Source of the DNA: Anaerolineales bacterium
GTDB lineage: Bacteria; Chloroflexota; Anaerolineae; Anaerolineales; Villigracilaceae
Direction: 5' to 3'
DNA: 64,000 nucleotides
NCBI GenBank assembly: GCA_034436335.1
Contig: DAOTVO010000025.1
Location: 28,921 to 92,920, forward strand
Under the pieces are notes generated by a model, which searched no databases, had not been told where the DNA came from, and saw nothing but the letters and a program-made list of their open reading frames with translations. Of this stretch, positions 52,781 through 60,963 are shown piece by piece. The translations under genes and the position numbers were made by a program. The stretch's first letter is position 1; every line of letters starts with the position of its first letter.

Positions 52781-53845
52781 CTACGCCTTCTTCAAAAAAG
52801 CATGGAAGAGGAGGTTGAATTCTGCTGGTTTCTCGATGTGCGGGCTGTGCGCCGTGTCGGCGATGACATGCTCTTCGAAACTGCCTCCGGCGGCAGCGTA
52901 TTTTTCCAGCACGGCGCGGGTCTGCGCAATCATCGGCTGGGGCGGATACACGTCCTCGCCCGGCCAGCCTGGGATGAAGCCCAGTTTGCCGAGAGTGCCG
53001 AAGTCGAACATCGAGTTGTCGGAGACAATGCTGTCGCTGTCGCCGCGCACCCACAGGACGGGCGGCTTGGGGGTCACGGCCAGCAGGTCGGGAACATCCT
53101 GGCGCAGGTATTTGGGCGACCAGCAGTTGACGATGCCCTTCGTCCCCGGAGCGACATTCGGCCAGTTGGGCGAGGGGACGAAATCGCCGGGGTAGGCATC
53201 GGGGCCGGTCTTCTGGGCCAGCGAGGCGGTCAGGAAGTCCTCTTCGCGGGCGGCGCGGAAGGGCGGCTTGTAGTAAAAAGCATTGATAACGTTGCGCGGC
53301 GAGTTCGGATCGTCCTGGCTGCGGTCGCCTTGCTGGATGAACTGGACGAACATCGGGTTGACCACCCCGCCGCCGGAACCGGCGAAATCCTCGTAGCAAG
53401 ACGTCCCTTCGATATCTTTCGTCCCGCCGAAGCCGTAGGGCGAGACGGGGCAGATGAGCGTCAGCGAGTGGGCGCGGCCGGGATAGTCAATGATGAAGCG
53501 GTAGAGCACCCCTGCCCCCATGGACCAACCGACGAAGTGCGCCTTCTGAATGTTTAAGGCATCCAGCAGAGCGGCGACATCGTCCGAAAGGTCGCGCAGG
53601 CCGCGGGTCGAGTTGATAGGCTTGTCCTCCGTCCAGCCGTAGCCGCGCAGGTCGGGGGCAATGCCCCGGTAGGCCTCCGGCAAGGCGAGCATGGTCTCTT
53701 CCCAGTAGAGCGCGGCGGAAAAGTTTCCATGCAGGAAGACAACCGGAATGCCGGTCTCGGGGCCGGAGAAGTACACGTTCTGGCTCAGGCGGGCGGTCTC
53801 CACCATTTTGTTGGCAATACCCTTCAAAGGCAAAGGCTTGTCCAT
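52781..53845 (-). CDS. alpha/beta-fold hydrolase
   Basis: VVFLHGNFSAALYW and the nucleophile elbow GWSMGAGV. 354 aa. Confidence 0.8.
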   Translation of the reverse strand: MDKPLPLKGIANKMVETARLSQNVYFSGPETGIPVVFLHGNFSAALYWEETMLALPEAYRGIAPDLRGYGWTEDKPINSTRGLRDLSDDVAALLDALNIQKAHFVGWSMGAGVLYRFIIDYPGRAHSLTLICPVSPYGFGGTKDIEGTSCYEDFAGSGGGVVNPMFVQFIQQGDRSQDDPNSPRNVINAFYYKPPFRAAREEDFLTASLAQKTGPDAYPGDFVPSPNWPNVAPGTKGIVNCWSPKYLRQDVPDLLAVTPKPPVLWVRGDSDSIVSDNSMFDFGTLGKLGFIPGWPGEDVYPPQPMIAQTRAVLEKYAAAGGSFEEHVIADTAHSPHIEKPAEFNLLFHAFLKKA

Positions 53846-53882
53846 AAGGCTCCTTTTGTGAGCGAGAGAACCATTGAGAAAC

Positions 53883-53921
53883 GGGATAAACTCTAGTTCA
53901 TCTCCGTTTATCCTGATGAAT
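53883..53921. repeat. word-family hairpin GGATAAAC ... GTTTATCC enclosing GTTCATCTCC
   Basis: 8-bp complementary arms at 53884-53891 and 53906-53913. Followed by GATGAA. Confidence 0.75.
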
Positions 53922-54235
53922 CAACCGATCTTCTTGTAGACGCGGCGGTTTTTGCTGTCGAGACTTTCGGGGCGCGGGCCGCCGGGGTCGCTGAGGGTCA
54001 TAATCATCGTGTCGCCTTCGATGGAATACAGTCCCTGGAACTTGCCGAGCAGGCCGAGGGTATGCTGGGTCTGCTCCATGTCAATCTGACCGTTTTCGGC
54101 GCGATAGGTTCCGCTAGAAGTAATGCCCATTTCTTCGAGCGCCGCCTGGTAGGTACCATCAGCGCGGAACTCGAACCACAGACCGGGGAAGGGCTGTCCC
54201 TTCGGCTGCTGCCATTTTCCGAGAATGTCATTCAT
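53921..54235 (-). CDS. small lipocalin-like / TIGR03067-like protein
   Basis: 104 aa. The GKW....F.ADGTY......G.Y....G.I.....L.G.Y.IEGD.M pattern is similar to lipocalin-like repeat proteins. Weak call. Confidence 0.45.
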   Translation of the reverse strand: MNDILGKWQQPKGQPFPGLWFEFRADGTYQAALEEMGITSSGTYRAENGQIDMEQTQHTLGLLGKFQGLYSIEGDTMIMTLSDPGGPRPESLDSKNRRVYKKIG

Positions 54236-54299
54236 AGGGTCCTCCTGTGTTGGGCAAATTTTTTGCTTGCCTCATCATGGGACAGACTGAAAGTCTGTC

Positions 54300-55616
54300 C
54301 TACGAAACTTTTTTTGGGACGATGCCCAACCGGTGGGCTTCCTCGCGCAGCCAGTCGCGGAAGTTCGGATGGGCAATGCGGATGAGCGCTTCCATGCGGT
54401 CGCGCACGCATAGACCTTTCAATTCGGCGACGCCATACTCGGTGACGATGGTATCCACATCCTGACTGGGGACGGTCACTTCCGCGCCCTCAGAGAGGAT
54501 CGGCACGATGGTTGAAATCGTCCCATCCTTGGCAGTGGAGCGCAAGGCGATGATGCCGCGCCCGCCGGGGGAAAGTTGCGCGCCGCGGTGCGTATCCAAC
54601 TGACCGCCGGTGCCGCTGAAATGTTTGTAGCCGATGCTTTGTGAGCAGACCTGTCCGAAGATGTCCACCTGCAGGGCCGTGTTGACGCTGACCATCTTGT
54701 AGTTCTGACCGATGATGTAGGGATTGTTGGTCACTTTGCCCTGCTGGAATTCGACGCCCAGGTTGTTATTGACGAAATCGTAGAGTTTCTGCGTGCCGAG
54801 CGCAAACGCGCCGACCATTTTGCCTTTCCAGAGCGTCTTGCGCTTGTTGGTGACCACGCCCGCCTCGTAGAGGTCCACCATGCCGTCGGTGAACATCTCC
54901 GTGTGAATGCCGAGGTCGCGGCGCTTCATCAGGAAGGGAGTGATGGCGTTGGGAATGCCGCCGATGCCCAGTTGCAGGGTCGAGCCGTCCTCGATGAGTT
55001 CGGCGATGTAACCGCCGATGGCCTGCTCGGCCTCGGTGGGCGGAGCAGACGGCAGTTCGAAGAGCGGGACATGGTTCTCGACGACGTAATCCACATCATC
55101 AATGTGCAGTTGCGTATCGCCCAGCGTCCAGGGCAGATTTTCGTTGACCTCGATGATGACCAGGTCGGCGGCCTCGATGAGTTGCTTCTCAAGAACCAGC
55201 CCCAGCGAAAGCGACATGTAGCCGCGTGCATCGGGCGGGGTGGCCGTCCCCCAGAAAACGTTGACCTTGTTCCCGGCGGCCAGCAGTTTGTTGGTCGCCG
55301 CCTGGTGCAGATTGTTTGGGATATACGAAACGCGCCCTTCGGGATGCACCTTGCGGTCGGGCGCGCCGTAGAACCAGTTTTCCACGAAGAAGTGGCCGGT
55401 CATTTCCGGCTTCTGGATGAAATCGTAGATGCGCAGCGGCAGGCAGACCCAAACGGTCACGTCTTCGAGGCGGTCTTTGTGGCGGCCTAGTTCGGTCAGC
55501 AGACCGGGCGGTTCTGAGGCGGCCATCGCCACGCCCAGCGACTGATGCGACTGGAGCAGGGAGACGGCTTCGGGAATGCTGATGAGTTTCTTCTTGTATG
55601 TTTCTTGAGGCGTCAT
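54300..55616 (-). CDS. acetyl-CoA hydrolase/transferase family protein (4-hydroxybutyrate/butyryl-CoA:acetate CoA-transferase-like)
   Basis: 438 aa. HTEMFTDG and GSGGQLDT-type motifs (FSGTGGQLD). Confidence 0.85.
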   Translation of the reverse strand: MTPQETYKKKLISIPEAVSLLQSHQSLGVAMAASEPPGLLTELGRHKDRLEDVTVWVCLPLRIYDFIQKPEMTGHFFVENWFYGAPDRKVHPEGRVSYIPNNLHQAATNKLLAAGNKVNVFWGTATPPDARGYMSLSLGLVLEKQLIEAADLVIIEVNENLPWTLGDTQLHIDDVDYVVENHVPLFELPSAPPTEAEQAIGGYIAELIEDGSTLQLGIGGIPNAITPFLMKRRDLGIHTEMFTDGMVDLYEAGVVTNKRKTLWKGKMVGAFALGTQKLYDFVNNNLGVEFQQGKVTNNPYIIGQNYKMVSVNTALQVDIFGQVCSQSIGYKHFSGTGGQLDTHRGAQLSPGGRGIIALRSTAKDGTISTIVPILSEGAEVTVPSQDVDTIVTEYGVAELKGLCVRDRMEALIRIAHPNFRDWLREEAHRLGIVPKKVS

Positions 55617-55643
55617 GGCGTTTCTTCCCGGACCTCGAGCCTG

Positions 55644-56630
55644 CTACGGCATAATGAACGCGGAGCCGGCCTGGTTGTATCCCACGCCTGAGCCAACAAA
55701 GGTTACCAGGTCGCCGGATTTGATTTTGCCCTGCTGACGGGCGTCGTGGAAGGCCATCGGGATGCAGGCCGAGCCGGTGTAGCCCCACTTGTCCATCACC
55801 CAATGAGCCTTCTCGATGGGCAGTCCCAGCGCCTGCTGGACGATGTGGATGCTGTTCAGGCGAACCTGCGTGTAGAGGGCCATGTCCACGTCATTCAGGT
55901 CGAAATTACCGTTTTTCGCCAGTTCGCGCATGCGCGCCGGCCAGCCTTCGTTGTTAACTTCGGCCGGGAAGGGGATGAGGAAGCGCACCTGCGTCCGTCC
56001 GGCGGTGACGCTTTCCACGGTAGCAGGTTCATACGTGCCGCCGGAGTAGATGCCCCAGTTCTTGTGATAAGAGCCGTCGGCGAAGAACGTACCGGAAACG
56101 AAGCCCGGTTTGTCGCTGGCGGTCAGGATGGCCGCTCCGGCGCCGTCGCCGTAGAAGAAGGACATCAGGTCGTTCTGCCAGTCTGAGAGTTTGTGCATCA
56201 TGTACGCGCCGATGACCATCACATACTTGATGTGCGGATTGGCCTGAATCAGCCCCGCGGCCGTGTTCAGGCCGGTGGGGAAGGAGGCGCAAGCGCAGCC
56301 GATGTCGAAGGTCCCGGCGTTGGTGGCGCCAATTTTGTGCTGGACAACGACCGAGGTGGCCGGGGTAATGTAATCGGGGCTGTCGGTGCCGAGCAGGATC
56401 ATGTCCAGGTCGGTCGCCTGCAGGCCGGTTTCCTTGAGGGCGGCGCGAGCGGCCTCGGCGGCCAGGTCGGAGGTGGCCCAGTCGTCGGGAGCATACCAGC
56501 GGGTTTTGATGCCGGTGGAGGCCTCGAATTTGTCCACCGGTTCGCCGAATTTTTCGCGCATCGAGGCGTTCGTCCGCTCGATGGGTGGGACGTAGATGCC
56601 GGAACCGATGATGGTAGCGTAGCGGGTCAT
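55644..56630 (-). CDS. KAS III (FabH)-like protein with a non-canonical catalytic triad
   Basis: Colinear with E. coli FabH as remembered. The Cys is retained (TFDIGCACASF). HQAN is replaced by TQVR (Thr254) and GNTSAAS by GYTGSAC (Tyr284). Confidence 0.8.
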   Translation of the reverse strand: MTRYATIIGSGIYVPPIERTNASMREKFGEPVDKFEASTGIKTRWYAPDDWATSDLAAEAARAALKETGLQATDLDMILLGTDSPDYITPATSVVVQHKIGATNAGTFDIGCACASFPTGLNTAAGLIQANPHIKYVMVIGAYMMHKLSDWQNDLMSFFYGDGAGAAILTASDKPGFVSGTFFADGSYHKNWGIYSGGTYEPATVESVTAGRTQVRFLIPFPAEVNNEGWPARMRELAKNGNFDLNDVDMALYTQVRLNSIHIVQQALGLPIEKAHWVMDKWGYTGSACIPMAFHDARQQGKIKSGDLVTFVGSGVGYNQAGSAFIMP

Positions 56631-56642
56631 GGGGCGCCTCCC

Positions 56643-57407
56643 TTAAGTGCCGATGACGATGCCGCCGTCCACACTGATAGTTGCGCCGTGGACGAAGGAA
56701 GCCTCATCGCTCGCCAGCCAGAGATAGGCGTTGGCGATATCGCGCGGGTCGCCGAGGCGGCCGAGCGGGGTGTGGGCTTTCATGTCAGCGAGGACATTTT
56801 CGGGCATCTTCTGCACCATCTCGGTCAGGATGAAGCCCGGCGCGACCGCGTTGACGCGCACGCCGAACCTGCCCAGTTCGCGCGCCCAGACTTTGGTCAT
56901 GCCGATGACGCCCGCTTTGGTGGCGACGTAGTTGGTCTGGCCGAAGTTGCCGTACAGGCCGACGACCGAAGAGGCATTGACAATGACGCCGCCGCCCTGC
57001 TTAATCATGAACGGGACCACAGCCTGGGTGCAGTTGAAGACGCCCTTCAGGTTGACCAGCACGACCAGGTCGAAGGCGCTCTCGTCCATCTGCTTGACCA
57101 GTTCGCCGTCCTTCATCTTGACGAAGAGAGCGTCACGGGTGATGCCGGCATTGTTGATCAGCACGTCCACACGCCCGTACTGGGCGACGACCGACTCGAC
57201 CCACGCTTGCACCTCTTTCCGGTCGGCCACGTTGACCTTGTCGAAACGCGCCGCAGGCCCGAGGTCCGGGAGGAGCGCCGCCCCGGCCTCTTCGTTGATG
57301 TCGCAGATGACCACTTTCGCGCCTTCTTCGGCAAAGCGCAGGGCGGTGGCCTTTCCGATTCCGGCCGCGCCGCCGGTGATGAGAGTAACTTTGTCTTTCA
57401 GCCGCAT
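56643..57407 (-). CDS. short-chain dehydrogenase/reductase, FabG-like 3-oxoacyl reductase
   Basis: TGGAAGIGKA, NNAG, and the S...Y..TK catalytic pattern. Confidence 0.85.
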   Translation of the reverse strand: MRLKDKVTLITGGAAGIGKATALRFAEEGAKVVICDINEEAGAALLPDLGPAARFDKVNVADRKEVQAWVESVVAQYGRVDVLINNAGITRDALFVKMKDGELVKQMDESAFDLVVLVNLKGVFNCTQAVVPFMIKQGGGVIVNASSVVGLYGNFGQTNYVATKAGVIGMTKVWARELGRFGVRVNAVAPGFILTEMVQKMPENVLADMKAHTPLGRLGDPRDIANAYLWLASDEASFVHGATISVDGGIVIGT

Positions 57408-57465
57408 TTTGAATCTCCTTTCGAGTGACTTGGATGATCGAATGAATCATGCCAGCGCAGAGAGC

Positions 57466-57499
57466 AAAAGCCCTCTGCACATAAATGGTAGCAGAGGGC
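57466..57499 (-). terminator. intrinsic terminator between the regulator and the SDR gene
   Basis: 9-bp stem GCCCTCTGC/GCAGAGGGC with a 12-nt loop. A U4 run follows on the minus strand (A4 at 57466-57469). Confidence 0.7.
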
Positions 57500-57500
57500 C

Positions 57501-57601
57501 GTTACAGGGCAGTTACACGAGAGTTACAGGGGCAGGGTCGAAAACCAAACGGAGACGAACAAAGAGAAATGGGATCGTTGGATGAGCGGCTGTTCATCCA
57601 A
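57501..57601. repeat. three 11-bp GTTACA words, then degenerate GTTCATC-family units with an 8-bp hairpin
   Basis: GTTACAGGGCA / GTTACACGAGA / GTTACAGGGGCA (57501-57534). CGGAGACGAAC (57550-57560). Hairpin TTGGATGA-8 nt-TCATCCAA (57578-57601). Confidence 0.75.
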
Positions 57602-57615
57602 CAAATCGGTTTTTA

Positions 57616-60600
57616 TTAGAAACCCCTGGTAATCAATTGGTAAATGCGCTGTGTTTCTTCGGAGGGTGCATCCAGCCCCAGTTCCTCTTTCAGGACGGCG
57701 GCGCAGCGTTGATATGTCTGCCGGGCTTGCGGCAGGTTGCCCTGCGCGGCGTAGGCCTGCATCGAGAGGGCGTAACCCGGCTCCCAGCATTTCTCGCGCC
57801 GCAGGGCGGTCTGACAAACCGTCAGCGCCATCTCCCATTGCTGGGTTTGGAGGGAGCGCCGCGCCAGTTTTTCGGCGATGTCGAGGAATTTGCGGCGGCG
57901 GGCGTCGCGTTCCAGGGAGGCCCAATCGTAGTAGCAGCATTCGGGTAAAAAATCGTCTTCATAGAGAGAGAAGGCGGCCTGGAGTTTTTCCGGGTCGTCG
58001 GAGTCGGCGAGACGGTCGAACAGGTCGGCATCGGTGACCAGGGCGGCTTGCGGGTTGAGGCCGTAGGCGCTGCCTTTGCGGATGACAAAATAGGGCGGCG
58101 CGCTACGCGGCCGGCGCGGGTCGAGGGCGCGCTGGAGGGCGTTGAGGGCCACCTTGAAGTCGCGGACGGCAGACTCGGCAGGCAGGTCTGGCCAGAGCAT
58201 GTCGGTAATTTGCTCGCGCAGCAGCCATTGGCCGCGCGTGGCAAGGAACAACTGGAACAACTGACGGGCTTTTTCTCGCTGCCACTCGGCGGCCGGGAGC
58301 GGAGTTCTGCCGCGCCATACCTGGAAGGGGCCCAGCGTACGCACCCAGAGGGTGTAGCCGGGGTGATAGCCCAGACCGCGCTTGCCGGCTTGGGAGAGGA
58401 GTTTTATCACGAAGTCGCGTTCGATGTTCTGGTGGTAGGCTTCGAGCAGGAGGGGGATGGCCATCTGGTCGTCGCGCAGGCCGAGGTGGGTGCGGCGGGT
58501 GAGGAGGAAATTGTAGCCGTTTTCGGCGGCGACCGGCAGAAGGGCTGAAAGATGCCGCAGAGCGGTTTCCTGCTCGCCCTGTTCCCATGCGTTGACGGCC
58601 AGCCACAACTGCGCCGCGCACCAGCCGAAGGAGTCCTGCACGCGGTCGAGGCCTTCGGCGGCTTCCTTGAGCCAGCGGGCGGCGGTGGCATGGCGTCCGT
58701 CCAGCGAGAGAACCGCGCCCATGCTGACGCGGACGAGATTGCCAATCCACTCGTCCCCGGCGGCGCGGGCCATATCGAGGGCGCGCAGGGCGTTGCTTTC
58801 GGCGGCTTCCACATCGCCGGCGTAGCCGTAGGCGCGGCAAAGTCCCCAAAGCGGCTCAAGACTCACCCGCGGCACTTTGAAAGGACGCACGGTTTCAATT
58901 GCGCCCTGATAACAACGGATAGCCGCCTGCTGCCAGGGACGGTCCCAGGGAGAATCGGCGTCCAGTTGCAGGGCGTGGCCGAGGCGCATGAAGCCGACGG
59001 CTTCGACGAATTCGGATTGAATTTTCTGCCCGATAGCAATGCCCTGGCGGGCGTATTCTTCGGCGTTTTGGCGGTCGCCCTGTAGACTGCATAAAAGAGA
59101 AAGGAGCAACTGCTTTTCGCGGTGAAAATGCTGGGGGCGGGGCAGGCCGGCCTTTGGCTCATCCAGTTCGTAACTTTCGAGCAGGCGGCGGGCTTCGTTC
59201 AGTTTGCCGGTTCGGAGAAGGATGCGCGCTTCGAGGTAGATGTCGGTGGCGAGGGTTTCGCCGCGCAATTGGAGGGCTTCGCGATGCAGGTCGCGCGCCT
59301 GGTCGGGGAAGCCGGAATTGAGTTTGTTCTCGGCCAGTTGTTCGAGAAGACGGGCGGTCTCGGCGCGGTGGGTCACGGGGTCGAGGAGGTCGAGGGCTTC
59401 GGAAAGGATGGCGGCGGCCTGCAGGGGGCGGACGGTATCCAAGTACACCTGGGCCTGGCCGCGCAGGGCGCGGCTCTGACCGAGTGGGTCATCTGCCTGG
59501 CAGTAGAAGCGCCCGGCGGCGGCGTAGTGCTGAAGAGCCTCCTCGAAGTTGGCGCGCAGGCGGCAGACATCTCCACGCAGAATTTCCAACTGCGGACGCT
59601 GGTGGCAGGTCTCGTCAGGCAGGCGCGTCAGCCAGTTGTTGAGGCTGTCGAGCCGCCCCGCTTCGAGCAGAGCGGGGCCGATTTTTTCAATCAGGTCGGC
59701 GGCCTGGGAATACTGGTGGGCCTCCAACAGGTGGTGCAGGGCTTCTTCGGGATGGCCGCCCTGCAGGAAGTAGGCCGCAGCGCGGGCATGAAGGGTCATT
59801 TTTTCGTTCGGCCGGCGTTGAATCTGGCTGAGGAGAAAGTCATGAAAAAGACGCTGGTAGCGATAGGTATCCTCCCCTACCCGGTCCACGAACAAGCCCA
59901 TCTCGTGCAGTTGGCGCAAAGTGTCAAGGCTGTCTGCGGCATCGAGCAGGGCATCGCAGGCCGGGCCGGTCAGTTCGCGCAGGATGGCGGTAGTGAGCAA
60001 AAACTTCTGCAGATGCGGCGGCTGACGGTTGAGCACTTCGGGAGCAAGGTAATCGAAGAGCCGGTCAAAGGCGGAGGGGAGTTTTTGCAGGGCAGAGTCG
60101 AGGTCCGGCACCGTACCGGATTGAATGCCCTGCCAAATCATCTGCAGGGCAATCACCCAGCCTTCCGTCTCGGCGACAAGGGTCTGCGCCTGGGAGGGGG
60201 TAATCGGCAAATGATATTGTTCACGAAAAAGGCTTTCGATTTCCTCGGCTGTGAAAGCCAGGTCGGTCGGGCCAATGATCTGGAGAATGCCTTTCACCCG
60301 CCAGCGGTTGAGGTCGGGGAGGGCCGGCATCTGCCGCGTTGAAAGGATAACGTGCAGGTGCGGCGGGCAGTAATCCACCAGTTTGCGGAGCAGGGCGGAA
60401 ATTTCTTCAACATGGGCGACGAGGTGGAAATCGTCCAGCACCAGGACGGCCTGACCTTTGATCGAGCGGGTAAGAGCATTCAGGAGGGGCGTGAGGGAGG
60501 CGGGAGTGACCAGGCCGTTGTTGGCTTCCAGCGATCGCAGTGCAGCCGAGCCATAGTCGCCAAAAGCCGAGAGCAGGTGGACAAGGAAGAGAAGCGGCTC

Positions 60601-60876
60601 GCAGTCGGGTTCGGTAATCGTGTACCAGAATAACTCCCGTCCCGCGCCGCCCAGCGAGGCGAGGGCAGTGCTTTTGCCGTAGCCGGTTCCGGCCTGGACG
60701 ATGGTAAGCGGGTAATCGAACACCCTTTCTAGCAATTGCTCCAGCCGCGGCCGGCGCAGGAGAGAGCGGCGCGGCTTTGGAGGCTGTAACTGGCTCTGGA
60801 TGACCAAGTCCTGAAGTTGCATGGCAGGACGATTGTAGTGCAAAACGGATGGGCTGGCAATAAGGGGACATGACAA
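57616..60876 (-). CDS. STAND (MalT/LAL-like) ATPase - TPR - C-terminal SARP (winged helix + BTAD) transcriptional regulator
   Basis: Walker A QAGTGYGKST, Walker B VLVLDDFH, long TPR-like middle region. C-terminal LWVRTLGPFQVWRG...W.REKARQLFQLFL (OmpR/SARP wHTH) plus BTAD (YEDDFLPE...YYDWA...). An alternative start MQLQDLV lies at about 60822. Confidence 0.8.
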   Translation of the reverse strand: MSCPLIASPSVLHYNRPAMQLQDLVIQSQLQPPKPRRSLLRRPRLEQLLERVFDYPLTIVQAGTGYGKSTALASLGGAGRELFWYTITEPDCEPLLFLVHLLSAFGDYGSAALRSLEANNGLVTPASLTPLLNALTRSIKGQAVLVLDDFHLVAHVEEISALLRKLVDYCPPHLHVILSTRQMPALPDLNRWRVKGILQIIGPTDLAFTAEEIESLFREQYHLPITPSQAQTLVAETEGWVIALQMIWQGIQSGTVPDLDSALQKLPSAFDRLFDYLAPEVLNRQPPHLQKFLLTTAILRELTGPACDALLDAADSLDTLRQLHEMGLFVDRVGEDTYRYQRLFHDFLLSQIQRRPNEKMTLHARAAAYFLQGGHPEEALHHLLEAHQYSQAADLIEKIGPALLEAGRLDSLNNWLTRLPDETCHQRPQLEILRGDVCRLRANFEEALQHYAAAGRFYCQADDPLGQSRALRGQAQVYLDTVRPLQAAAILSEALDLLDPVTHRAETARLLEQLAENKLNSGFPDQARDLHREALQLRGETLATDIYLEARILLRTGKLNEARRLLESYELDEPKAGLPRPQHFHREKQLLLSLLCSLQGDRQNAEEYARQGIAIGQKIQSEFVEAVGFMRLGHALQLDADSPWDRPWQQAAIRCYQGAIETVRPFKVPRVSLEPLWGLCRAYGYAGDVEAAESNALRALDMARAAGDEWIGNLVRVSMGAVLSLDGRHATAARWLKEAAEGLDRVQDSFGWCAAQLWLAVNAWEQGEQETALRHLSALLPVAAENGYNFLLTRRTHLGLRDDQMAIPLLLEAYHQNIERDFVIKLLSQAGKRGLGYHPGYTLWVRTLGPFQVWRGRTPLPAAEWQREKARQLFQLFLATRGQWLLREQITDMLWPDLPAESAVRDFKVALNALQRALDPRRPRSAPPYFVIRKGSAYGLNPQAALVTDADLFDRLADSDDPEKLQAAFSLYEDDFLPECCYYDWASLERDARRRKFLDIAEKLARRSLQTQQWEMALTVCQTALRREKCWEPGYALSMQAYAAQGNLPQARQTYQRCAAVLKEELGLDAPSEETQRIYQLITRGF

Positions 60877-60963
60877 AAATGGAGCGGCGCAAAAGTAAGC
60901 GCTGCTCTTGACATCGCTTAAAAAATGACCGCTATCGAAAAAAGCGCGCCGATAAAATGACGT

